Shown piece after piece: positions 7,583-15,880 of a stretch of DNA of 17,540 nt. Position numbers and translations under genes: made by a program. Under the pieces are notes generated by a model. It was not told where the DNA came from and made no database searches. It was given only the letters and a program-made list of their open reading frames with translations. The stretch lies in IMG/VR virus record IMGVR_UViG_3300042934_000306; one strand, given 5' to 3'. Numbering within the stretch: position 1 is the stretch's first letter; every line of letters begins with the position of its first letter. Origin of the DNA: a virus. Its lineage: Duplodnaviria; Heunggongvirae; Uroviricota; Caudoviricetes.

Positions 7583-8233
7583 TCACTCCACTACAAACCA
7601 GTCACAAGCCAGTAAATCATCAACATACGGCAACCAAACGCTGTCCATATTTTGTGCATCTTTCAATACGAAATGGTCACCATAAGGAACCTGAATGTCG
7701 TGTAAATTGACGCTCCCAGCGAGAACTAACCAGCAGAATTGCTTTTCGCCTTTCCACTCGCGTCGAGCTACATTTTTTCCTTCTTTCAGCCACATTAGCG
7801 CATCAGAAAAGTCGGCTGCTTCAAGGTCGATTTCCTCTTGCTGGGTAGTGGTACCACCAGCAGAAATAGTTACACTCCCGGTAATATTAATCATCACGCC
7901 GTTGTCATCCGTAATGATGACCGTGGTTCCATTTTCGGAGGCGTCGTTAACCAGGCCATAGCATTCCTCAAATGGTTTCTCCGGGGCATAGAACAGATAA
8001 CCGTTTTCATAAACGATCAGATACCCGCCAGTTTTTGGTCGGTGTTTTTGTAAAAACATTGCGTCAACACAAACTGTTGCCCCTTTTGGTTCAACGAGTT
8101 CAATGCAGCCCCAAAGTGGGGCATCAGTTACTCCGAAAATAACAACATTTTTGATTTTCGATGCACTAACGTTTTTGTGAGCTTTGTATTTGGGAAGGAA
8201 CTTAAAAAGCTCTTTCGTTGCCATGTAATTCAT
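7583..8233 (-). CDS. two-domain protein (216 aa): unknown N-terminal domain fused to a DUF2829/Tad2-like C-terminal domain
   Basis: AGGAAAGG SD before ATG 8233; C-terminal FSDALMWLKEGKNVARREW ... LPYVDDLLACDWFVVE fits the signature I associate with DUF2829; not verified by HMM. Confidence 0.5.
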   Translation of the reverse strand: MNYMATKELFKFLPKYKAHKNVSASKIKNVVIFGVTDAPLWGCIELVEPKGATVCVDAMFLQKHRPKTGGYLIVYENGYLFYAPEKPFEECYGLVNDASENGTTVIITDDNGVMINITGSVTISAGGTTTQQEEIDLEAADFSDALMWLKEGKNVARREWKGEKQFCWLVLAGSVNLHDIQVPYGDHFVLKDAQNMDSVWLPYVDDLLACDWFVVE

Positions 8234-8247
8234 AGCCTTTCCTCTGC

Positions 8248-8742
8248 TTAAAACTTTGCGTACTGAAGCGGTGTGCGCTTGATTTCAAAGTGGTCTTCCG
8301 ATGTGCTACCAAAGCCACCAGCACCACGTTCCGTTTCGTTGAGTTCCTCAACCTCGACTAGTGAGACTTGTTCAACACGCTCAAAAATGCCTTGCATGAC
8401 AGCCATTCCAGGCTTGAGACAAACGCCTTCCCCGCCGGGATCAGTAATCAGTTTTGCCATGATTTCACCGCGATAATCTGAGTCGATAATTCCTACGCAG
8501 TTAGCCAGGCGAGTATGTTTTTTGCAGCCCAATCCGGAGCGCGGATAGAGTTTCAGACACCAGCCGGGCGGGATCTCCATAGCCAGTCCGGTGTACACCC
8601 ACCAGCTTGAGGAAATTGCACCATTGCTATCGACGCATGGTTTTATTTCAACAGCCTCAAAATCCATCGCCGCCGATCCGGAGGTGGCATAAGCTGGAAG
8701 TTTTGCTGCCGGATGTAGGCGTTTCACTTTTACGTAAATCAT
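8248..8742 (-). CDS. dut: dUTPase (trimeric Dut family) with an insertion between motifs I and II
   Basis: All five Dut motifs readable: YATSGSAAMD, PRSGLG, GIIDSDYRGE, AVMQGIF, RGAGGFGSTS; ATGA coupling to the upstream gene. Confidence 0.85.
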   Translation of the reverse strand: MIYVKVKRLHPAAKLPAYATSGSAAMDFEAVEIKPCVDSNGAISSSWWVYTGLAMEIPPGWCLKLYPRSGLGCKKHTRLANCVGIIDSDYRGEIMAKLITDPGGEGVCLKPGMAVMQGIFERVEQVSLVEVEELNETERGAGGFGSTSEDHFEIKRTPLQYAKF

Positions 8743-9215
8743 TGTTTTTTAGCTCTCTGCGTGAAGGTGTAAACCCGACGTTTGATATGTGGAACGGTAG
8801 GAACAGGAAGACAGGAACTTTCAATAACTCCTTGCTCCTCCAGCGATCGCACCGCCCGCAAGAACTGCGACGTGTCGCCGCCAAACTGGCGGGCATAGGT
8901 GCTGCCGTTATGAAGTATTTGAGCTATTACCCGAGCTTTTGTCTGGCTGTCACGATATGCGAATAGCCGCACGGCCTCTTCTGGCGCAATCGCTAACTGA
9001 TAGCCTTTCCCGGCACGGTGTCGAATGAATCCATGCGCCAGTAGGTTTTTGAGTTCGTTACGAGTGCGAACAGTTCCGTAATCCAGGAAGTGTGGATTGA
9101 TAACGACTGGCTTAAACCATTCCGTAGGTGCTTTAGCTAATAGAGCTAACAGCTTCCCGGATAATTCTGGATAGGAAGACGGGTAACAATTCAGAGATGG
9201 GTAATAAGTTTTCAC
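8739..9215 (-). CDS. hypothetical protein (158 aa)
   Basis: GTG start at 9215 after a GGGGG SD-like run, overlapping the upstream stop (GTGA); no motif recognised. Confidence 0.5.
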   Translation of the reverse strand: MKTYYPSLNCYPSSYPELSGKLLALLAKAPTEWFKPVVINPHFLDYGTVRTRNELKNLLAHGFIRHRAGKGYQLAIAPEEAVRLFAYRDSQTKARVIAQILHNGSTYARQFGGDTSQFLRAVRSLEEQGVIESSCLPVPTVPHIKRRVYTFTQRAKKQ

Positions 9216-9556
9216 CGACGCCCCCTTGCAGGATATCGACCTGCATTAGTATCCGGTGCAATAAAGCCGGTAGTGGGGCGAGTGAAAGCGAGATTAATCT
9301 TCTCGACCATAGTGCGATAATTTTCCTGATAGTGGGCCAGGAGTTTTTCGGCGGCAATGATGGTTACTTTCCGGACGTAGCTTTCTGCTTCCGCCAGATT
9401 TCGCCAGTTTTTTTCGAGGGTAAACACAGGGACGGCCTCAAGCCCGGTCATGATGCCGAACACAACGACAGCATGACTGTTCTTAACACCAGCGGCGAAG
9501 GTTACGGTGTAACCTTCCACCTTGAAGCGTCTTGATTCCGTGATTTGACTCTGCAA
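9212..9556 (-). CDS. hypothetical protein (114 aa), first gene of the minus-strand operon, TTG start
   Basis: TTG at 9556 preceded by TAGGAGGGTG (strong SD, 5-nt spacing); 73-bp AT-rich gap after the recombinase stop. Confidence 0.5.
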   Translation of the reverse strand: MQSQITESRRFKVEGYTVTFAAGVKNSHAVVVFGIMTGLEAVPVFTLEKNWRNLAEAESYVRKVTIIAAEKLLAHYQENYRTMVEKINLAFTRPTTGFIAPDTNAGRYPARGRR

Positions 9557-9629
9557 AGCACCCTCCTAAATAGGCGAGGGTACTTTACAGCAAAGGCGTT
9601 AATCTAAAAAGATGTGTTAGAAATTTAAT

Positions 9630-10658
9630 TTATAAATCCATCAGGCGGCTATTAGCCCCCACAGACACGCCGCCACGGCGAAGATACCGCATAAGTGTTT
9701 CCGGTTTCTTCCAGGTTCCTTCCTGCATGATCTCCACCATAGACACCTGCTTTTCAGCCATATCAATAGCGGCCCCGACGCGTGCACTATGCCCGGTCCA
9801 CGTCCGGTATCTTCCTTTGTTTGGCGTAGCATCTCTTTTATTCAGCAACACCCAGGCGTCGCTGAATATTTTCTCCATTGCAGGTGCAGTAAGGGGCGTT
9901 GTCGTGAGCCTGGCCTTATTGCTACGGTGTATCGGCGGGAACAGCACTGCGTCAGGATGTTCGCGAAGCCCTGAAACATCCAGCCAGTCATTCAGCACAG
10001 CGGTAGTGCGACGGGAAAGCACCTTATCAAGCCCGGCGGCGGTCGTTATTGTCTTCGTGTGTGAAATATGTAGCGTGACAGTGTCACCTGTTTGGTCCAG
10101 ATCTCCTACACGAATACGCGATATTTCCGACATACGCATCAGCGTATTGTATGCAACAAAGAGAAAAGCCCGGTTGCGCAGGTCCACCAGCCGTTCTGAC
10201 CTGGACAGCAGGACGTCGAGCAGTTTCAGATCGTCCCACCGCAGCGGTATAGCCTGGCCTGTTCGTTCGCCTTTTTCAGTTGCCGCTTCGCGCCGGATGC
10301 GCCGCATAGCCAGAGAAACACTTTTATCATCCGAAAGTGGTGGAAGGCCACAATGCGAAAGCAGCATGTTCAGCATGGCGTAGTGCTTATCAATGGTGGT
10401 CGAAGCCAGATCAGCATCATGCAGCTGAAGAAAATACTCGCGGGCCATCTCTGGTGAGATCGGGAACCAGGCGAGCTGGCGAGCGTGACACCATCTCGCC
10501 CAAGAGTGAAACACTAACCGGAGATCGCGCAAAGTATTCGGCGCGTAAGCCCCCTGGTCATTCATGAACCGCATAAAGTTTTCTGCGGCCTCCTGGTACT
10601 CTTTGCCAATGTTGCGCAGAAAACCACCGGAACTGCCAGAGATAATTAATTCACTCAT
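9630..10658 (-). CDS. dre: Cre-family tyrosine site-specific recombinase (Dre-like)
   Basis: 342 aa; aligns to P1 Cre across its length at roughly 45-50 percent identity by eye (AYNTLMRMSEISRIRVGDL, HSARVGAA, TWTGHSARVGAAIDMA blocks); adjacent rox-like site. Confidence 0.8.
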   Translation of the reverse strand: MSELIISGSSGGFLRNIGKEYQEAAENFMRFMNDQGAYAPNTLRDLRLVFHSWARWCHARQLAWFPISPEMAREYFLQLHDADLASTTIDKHYAMLNMLLSHCGLPPLSDDKSVSLAMRRIRREAATEKGERTGQAIPLRWDDLKLLDVLLSRSERLVDLRNRAFLFVAYNTLMRMSEISRIRVGDLDQTGDTVTLHISHTKTITTAAGLDKVLSRRTTAVLNDWLDVSGLREHPDAVLFPPIHRSNKARLTTTPLTAPAMEKIFSDAWVLLNKRDATPNKGRYRTWTGHSARVGAAIDMAEKQVSMVEIMQEGTWKKPETLMRYLRRGGVSVGANSRLMDL

Positions 10659-10810
10659 GAAACTATTTGACCTCTATATACAGATGACGCTACGCGAAAA
10701 ATATAAAAATGACAGGGTAGCTATAAGTTAATTTTCAAAATACAAGCCTTTGATTCGAGGCACGTATTTTCAGTGATGTCAACACTGTTCATCTACACAT
10801 GATTATAGCC

Positions 10811-10842
10811 TAACTTTAAATAATGCCAATTATTTAAAGTTA
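10811..10842. other. rox-type recombination site: TAACTTTAAATAAT-GCCA-ATTATTTAAAGTTA (perfect 14-bp inverted repeats, 4-bp asymmetric spacer)
   Basis: Read directly; lies 153 bp upstream of the recombinase start; identical to the rox sequence as I recall it from phage D6. Confidence 0.8.
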
Positions 10843-11052
10843 TAAAATGGCGATTTTTTTTAATCCATCACGGATTGATTCTGACCAGTAACACGTTGCC
10901 TTCATGGTCTTTAATTTGCGAAGTGTGGTTTATACAGTTGGTTTTCTAAAATTGATGACAAAAAATCACAGTTCGATCCTTTACTCACTCTGTTATTCGA
11001 CATAAATTTGTCATAGTAATTTTATGTTAGAAAACTAAATCGAGTAGGAATA

Positions 11053-12090
11053 ATGAGTAAGAAGTCGATCGAGAAAGAGTACAAACGGTTCCTGCAAACC
11101 GCTGAACGGTGGAAAGAGCTGGTGGTCGCAAACTCTGTTTTCCATGATACCAGTTATGCTGGCGAGGAATTCCGCCATGTTGCATTAACGCATGACCAAA
11201 ACATATTAGAAGAAGCTGAAAAATGTCTTGCTGAATGGAAAGCCTTCGTTGACATGTGTCGCGATGCCGACGGCAAAGCGTCGAACATTGTTGAGTCTGT
11301 ATATTCTCCGATCCCATTCATCATTGAGGACACCAATCAAAGCACGCATGTTGTTGTGCAAAGCGCTACAACAACACGTACATTTACACGTGAACAATTG
11401 CTCAAAAAATACGACAAAATCATAAAGAAAAGCCTGAAAAATAGGGTTTTTTCTCAAATCGTAGGTGCTCTTGAAGAAGAACAGCGCTTCTTTGAAGCTG
11501 AGCCTGAAGGCGAGATCTACCGGGCGCGTAAAGAGGCATATACAGATGTTGTGCTGACAACAAACATCGAAGGCAGCAATGCCCTTTCTCGCTTTAGAGT
11601 TGGCGCACATGGCGCATTGGTTTTCGCAAGGCTACCGAAGACAACGATCCCCGTTGTCAATAATGTTGGTGAACGCCGGAGCATTACAATTTATTCTGGC
11701 GTCGAATCGGTACCTTGCAGCCTTCTCGGCGATTTTAACTTATATCGTGTTCGTGACCTGGAAAAACACCAGCCAAGCTACGTTGCGAAGTCGTACATCT
11801 TAAGGAACATCGATATTCGCAATGAAAGCCTTAAGCAGAAATCCGCTAAGATGCTGGAGGATGCCGATCCGGCTATTCGCCATATCATTGAGCGTAAGAT
11901 ACGTACATCACGTGAAGCAATGGCAAGGCTGGATAAAATGGATCTGGAATTGTTAGACGTAATGATGGCCTCTGGAGACGACCTGACCGGCATTAAACTG
12001 AATGAAGCTCGTAAAAAATACGGCAAAGCAATCGAAGAACGTTACGGATACACATTCCCCCAAACGCAGTACGCCGCGAAGCTCTGGTAA
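11053..12090 (+). CDS. hypothetical protein (345 aa) at the position P1 uses for its c1 immunity operon
   Basis: AGGA SD before ATG 11053; transcribed from the rox side towards pacB; no HTH or similarity to C1 that I can recognise. Confidence 0.6.
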   Translation: MSKKSIEKEYKRFLQTAERWKELVVANSVFHDTSYAGEEFRHVALTHDQNILEEAEKCLAEWKAFVDMCRDADGKASNIVESVYSPIPFIIEDTNQSTHVVVQSATTTRTFTREQLLKKYDKIIKKSLKNRVFSQIVGALEEEQRFFEAEPEGEIYRARKEAYTDVVLTTNIEGSNALSRFRVGAHGALVFARLPKTTIPVVNNVGERRSITIYSGVESVPCSLLGDFNLYRVRDLEKHQPSYVAKSYILRNIDIRNESLKQKSAKMLEDADPAIRHIIERKIRTSREAMARLDKMDLELLDVMMASGDDLTGIKLNEARKKYGKAIEERYGYTFPQTQYAAKLW

Positions 12091-12098
12091 TCACAACT

Positions 12099-12116
12099 GG
12101 CCCCGCATCGCGGGGC
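12099..12116. terminator. GC-rich hairpin GGCCCCGC..GCGGGGC followed by TTTATATAT, between convergent 345-aa gene and pacB
   Basis: 6-7 bp GC stem read from the sequence; U-rich tail on the plus strand. Confidence 0.4.
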
Positions 12117-12117
12117 T

Positions 12118-13626
12118 TTATATATCCAGATCTGGCATTTCGATATCCGCCAGAACCTGATCTCGGAAAGTTGCCATTTCGGCACCAATATCTTCATTAG
12201 CAGGCACATAGTCCACCAGCATAGTGAAGCAGTAGGTATCCCATCGGTCAGGCGATTTGATGTTTAGCTTTTGCCGCATGTGCTCTTTGCGCATCATCGC
12301 CATTTTCCCTTCCTCATTCAGTAAAAAGGGGATTTTTGACGCTTGCTCTGCCGTTTTAGGGTCACTGTCTATCCGCATACGCCCTGACTTTATGGCATCA
12401 CGCGCCATAATATTTGCGTAGGCACGCTGATTAACAAATCGCTCCCTGTCTTTGTTCGCAAACATGGGTTTTCCCCACCGAATACGTACCGGGTTCGCAC
12501 CACGACGCACCAACTGCGCACACGTATCAGAACCAAAACCATCGGCATCAACCGCGATTGTTATATTCGGGTATTTTTCCGGCGTACATTCGTTATATAT
12601 GAAGTCAGCAAAGGCCAATGGGTCCATAGTGCCAGGCATCTCCATTACCTTAAAGTTAACAACGCGCCGCTTATCCCTGTGACCAGATACCTTGCAGATG
12701 TTGAGGACCGACTTATCTCGCCCATTACCAACGTCAGCCGTTGCCACCCATCCCCAGTTTTTCTCCAACAACACCTTGCGGCGAGCTGCGCGATCGCATT
12801 CATCACGACCAAGCAAATAGCCGTTAATTTCTCGTGGGAACTGACCAAGCACCTTGACCATGTACTCAATAGAATCGCGCCCGCCATATTCCAGAAGCTT
12901 CTGCTTGATGAATTGTGGTGTGACGAACGGTGATTCTTCCGAGTTAAGAACAATTGCTGTCCAGATCCCTTTCGGGTTGTCTGGGGTTTTTGCTTGAGAA
13001 TGGTGCGAATCGTAGAAATAACCACTTGGCCTTGTTGGCTGGGATAGCATCAACATCCGGTTATCTTCTTCAGTAAGAGCACCGGTCATTACGCCGATCG
13101 CCTTATCAGATATACCAGATGCTTCATCCAGAATTAGAAGCAAATGTGCCGCATGTTCCCCCGCCAGCGCTTCTTCGTTGCCGAGTCGATAACCTTTGCA
13201 GAGAACTTCCCAAATCCCCTTACGGGAGCGCTCATAAAACATGGTGTCAGAGAGGACAAAATAGGTCTGCAACCACCCATGACGCTTAACTGCATTCGCC
13301 CAATACTGTTTAACGTATTTGAATACGCCTGTTTTTACCTGGCCTATCTTGTTAGCAACAATGATGACACGGGCATCGGGGAACAGGATCATAAAAATCA
13401 ACAGCAACATCGCGGTAAGGGACGACTTCCCCGTTCCGTGTCCGGACGTGACGGTCGTCCTACTCCCCGTTTCCTGCACTGACTGAATGATCTGCTGCTG
13501 CTGGTGGGAGGGGAACATCCCAAAAATATCGACAACAGCCTGGGTAAAGTTGTAGCGGTATTTGATTACCATATCGCGCCAGCGTGGATCGCTGGTGACG
13601 CATTTAATCTTGCGCCCGCCAGCCAT
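12118..13626 (-). CDS. pacB: terminase large subunit (PacB-like)
   Basis: 502 aa; Walker A SGHGTGKSS, Walker B LLLILDEASG, C-terminal Asp-rich nuclease-like region (ATADVGNGRD, AVDADGFG); GGAGGA SD; TAATG coupling to pacA. Confidence 0.85.
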   Translation of the reverse strand: MAGGRKIKCVTSDPRWRDMVIKYRYNFTQAVVDIFGMFPSHQQQQIIQSVQETGSRTTVTSGHGTGKSSLTAMLLLIFMILFPDARVIIVANKIGQVKTGVFKYVKQYWANAVKRHGWLQTYFVLSDTMFYERSRKGIWEVLCKGYRLGNEEALAGEHAAHLLLILDEASGISDKAIGVMTGALTEEDNRMLMLSQPTRPSGYFYDSHHSQAKTPDNPKGIWTAIVLNSEESPFVTPQFIKQKLLEYGGRDSIEYMVKVLGQFPREINGYLLGRDECDRAARRKVLLEKNWGWVATADVGNGRDKSVLNICKVSGHRDKRRVVNFKVMEMPGTMDPLAFADFIYNECTPEKYPNITIAVDADGFGSDTCAQLVRRGANPVRIRWGKPMFANKDRERFVNQRAYANIMARDAIKSGRMRIDSDPKTAEQASKIPFLLNEEGKMAMMRKEHMRQKLNIKSPDRWDTYCFTMLVDYVPANEDIGAEMATFRDQVLADIEMPDLDI

Positions 13627-14990
13627 TAATCATCCTCCGGCGGTTCTATCGCGATATCATCATCTCCGGCGTCATACCCTGCATCAGATGCATCATAATC
13701 ACCGTAAATTTCAGCCGTTGCCGAAGGGTCAATATCCAGCTCTTCGTCGTTGGCCTCGAATTCTCCAGCTTTACGCTCGCCATTGCGGTCGTAATCTCCG
13801 CACCCCAATTCTTCAACAATGGTTGCCACATCCGCCCGGCGCTCTGCCAGCCATTGCGGATGGTTAGCCTGAAGCGTTGCAAACTCCCTTGCCTCTTTGT
13901 CCAGCTGTTCATCATCAACATCATTGACGTCAGAAACAGGTGTTTCGAGAAGAGTGATAGCTTTCGCCGCGCGCGCCGCGAGGATAGCCGGGACGCTGAC
14001 CCCCTGGCGCTCGATGTATTCAGCAACACCGATATCATCCAGTTCCTCGCGCTCACGCATACGTATAGCGGCGGCGATAACTCTGGCAGCGCGTGCGTCA
14101 GCGCCAATGCGATATTCAATCTCTTTGCCACGCTGTTCGGCCTGTAGGCGTGCTAATTCGAGTTTTTCTCTGGCCTCAGCCTCTTTGAATGCTTGCTGGC
14201 GAGCGCTCTGACGAAGCTTTTCATCCCCCTGTCGCAGCTTTTGTTCGGACTGATATATAGCTGCCAACCTACTGATAAAATCATTCATGTAGTAGGCCGC
14301 GTCACTGATTAGACCGAGAAGGCGCTGCCCAGGGTGCATTCCTTCTGGCTCTTTATCGCCCAAGGCGTCTATTTCCGCCTGTAGACGTTCGGCCTCCTGA
14401 TCAACAATGCTTTGATACTGAAGTGCGCGCTCTTGCGCCATTTGAATTGCTAACCGCAGGTGTTCTTCTGCGCCGTTCTTCATCATATCGCGAGCCACAT
14501 TCGTAGTGGGCAATGTGGCACGCTGCACAGCACCGCCAGGGATCATTGCTGAAGATCCCTCAATTTTTGGGGCGCTTTTATCTTCTTCGGGGATCATTTT
14601 CGCCATTTTTTCGCGCAATGATCTCCTGACAGATTCTTTTATCTCATTGTTATTATTTGCATTATTTTCATGATCCGAAGTTTTCTTTCTCGGCATACTT
14701 CGGAAAGAACCTGCGCCCTGCGAATTGTCAATTTCTGTAAATTTTGTTTTTTCTGCACCCTCTTCCAGCTTTTTTGTTGCTCTTCCCGCCCGTTTTTTTT
14801 CAGGTGATTTGGTGCTTTTTTTTGTTGTCTTTACCTGCGACCGCACCTCATTTTTTTTCATATTGAGATGCTTTCTGGCTGTATTGAAGCTAAGGCCATG
14901 CTCCTCACAGTATTCCTTTACAGTGATCCCTTTTTCTTCACGCAACGCTATAAAGCGGGCGCGGTGCTCCTCCCAATTAACCAGACTCAT
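13626..14990 (-). CDS. pacA: terminase small subunit / pac-recognition protein (PacA-like)
   Basis: Immediately upstream of and coupled to pacB; N-terminal HTH-like segment (ITVKEYCEEHGLSFNTARKHL), long coiled-coil middle, acidic C-terminus; GATC cluster inside the 5' coding region as in P1 pac. Confidence 0.65.
   Translation of the reverse strand: MSLVNWEEHRARFIALREEKGITVKEYCEEHGLSFNTARKHLNMKKNEVRSQVKTTKKSTKSPEKKRAGRATKKLEEGAEKTKFTEIDNSQGAGSFRSMPRKKTSDHENNANNNNEIKESVRRSLREKMAKMIPEEDKSAPKIEGSSAMIPGGAVQRATLPTTNVARDMMKNGAEEHLRLAIQMAQERALQYQSIVDQEAERLQAEIDALGDKEPEGMHPGQRLLGLISDAAYYMNDFISRLAAIYQSEQKLRQGDEKLRQSARQQAFKEAEAREKLELARLQAEQRGKEIEYRIGADARAARVIAAAIRMREREELDDIGVAEYIERQGVSVPAILAARAAKAITLLETPVSDVNDVDDEQLDKEAREFATLQANHPQWLAERRADVATIVEELGCGDYDRNGERKAGEFEANDEELDIDPSATAEIYGDYDASDAGYDAGDDDIAIEPPEDD
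14541..14675. other. candidate pac site: five Dam (GATC) sites, mostly in TGATCC/GGATCA context, within 135 bp of the pacA 5' coding region
   Basis: GATC at 14541, 14555, 14592, 14620, 14672 flanking an AT-rich core; P1 pac is a cluster of TGATCA/G hexamers inside pacA. Confidence 0.4.
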
Positions 14991-15379
14991 AAAGCAACAC
15001 CACGCTTTTTAACGGCGGCATTCCACAGCTTATTCGCCATGTCCACCAGCTCTCGTTGCTCTTTTCGCGCCTGTTCGACTGATTTCCTGCTACAGTTTTT
15101 AACCAGTAAGCTACCGTATTCAGGCGTGCGCCCGCGCACCTTGAACTGATATCCGTTCAGACCATGTAGCCAGTATTTTCGTGGATACACACGATCATCC
15201 AGCTCACAGATTGCCCTGCTTGAACGAACAAAATGACGAATGATGTTAGTTACACTTACTCGTGAAACATGGAGATGAGGGTATTTTTCTTTGGCGAGAG
15301 TGGTAATTTCAGTGACTGTCAGATAGCAGTCAGCCCTGATCATGATATCCGCAATTTCTGCGCTGCTGATTTGTTCCAT
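14987..15379 (-). CDS. putative late-promoter activator (Lpa-like), HTH-containing (130 aa)
   Basis: Sits directly upstream of pacA with ATGA overlap, the position of lpa in P1; HTH-like LTVTEITTLAKEKYPHLHVSRVSVTNIIRHF. Name by synteny only. Confidence 0.4.
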   Translation of the reverse strand: MEQISSAEIADIMIRADCYLTVTEITTLAKEKYPHLHVSRVSVTNIIRHFVRSSRAICELDDRVYPRKYWLHGLNGYQFKVRGRTPEYGSLLVKNCSRKSVEQARKEQRELVDMANKLWNAAVKKRGVAL

Positions 15380-15487
15380 TAATCCCCCGGGCAGGAAATG
15401 ACCGAGGGGATGATAATGAGAATGTTAAAACTGTATAGACTGGTAAAAAGATGATTATATTAGAAAATTAATATTAAACACCTAACG

Positions 15488-15880
15488 CTACCAGCGAGAC
15501 AAACGAACAACATGTTTCACTTTTGCGATCCACTTTCCGCGATAACTATTGATTACGGCCTGTGCCAGCTTCAAATTGGCTTCAAAATCAGCCTTACTAC
15601 CATCAGACTCCACCAGCATTCCTCCATCTATTTCTGGTAAACATAGATAATCCTGCTCAACCTGCAGCGGCATTGATGGCTCTCTGAATGGCGTTACTTG
15701 CTCTGCTTTCCAGCGAAATCTAACCCTCATCCCCCTGGTGGTCATTACTAGATAGCCTGTTATAGTGCTTTTATGGCCCACATCAGTACGCGTGGCATTG
15801 CATGACACGATCTTACAGTTAGCGATAGACCACTCCATATTGGTGGCCTGTTGAGTGCTTAATTTGGTAGTCCCGTACAT
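15488..15880 (-). CDS. hypothetical protein (130 aa)
   Basis: GGGAGG SD 7 nt before ATG 15880; ATGA overlap with the upstream gene. Confidence 0.5.
   Translation of the reverse strand: MYGTTKLSTQQATNMEWSIANCKIVSCNATRTDVGHKSTITGYLVMTTRGMRVRFRWKAEQVTPFREPSMPLQVEQDYLCLPEIDGGMLVESDGSKADFEANLKLAQAVINSYRGKWIAKVKHVVRLSRW

Noticed and set aside
9727-10383. 218-aa plus-strand ORF antisense to the recombinase gene
   Set aside because: Ser/Arg-rich low-complexity translation lying wholly inside a well-supported Cre-family gene; a shadow ORF.
10659-11052. P1 C1-type operators (ATTGCTCTAATAAATTT-like) in the recombinase/345-aa intergenic region
   Set aside because: Only a weak partial resemblance (ACATAAATTT) at one position; no repeated copies.
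13646-14211. ORFs inside pacA on both strands (13646..14131 -, 13854..14147 +, 13897..14211 +)
   Set aside because: Alternative frames of the pacA coding region; Arg/Ser/Ala-rich artefacts of the coiled-coil codon bias.
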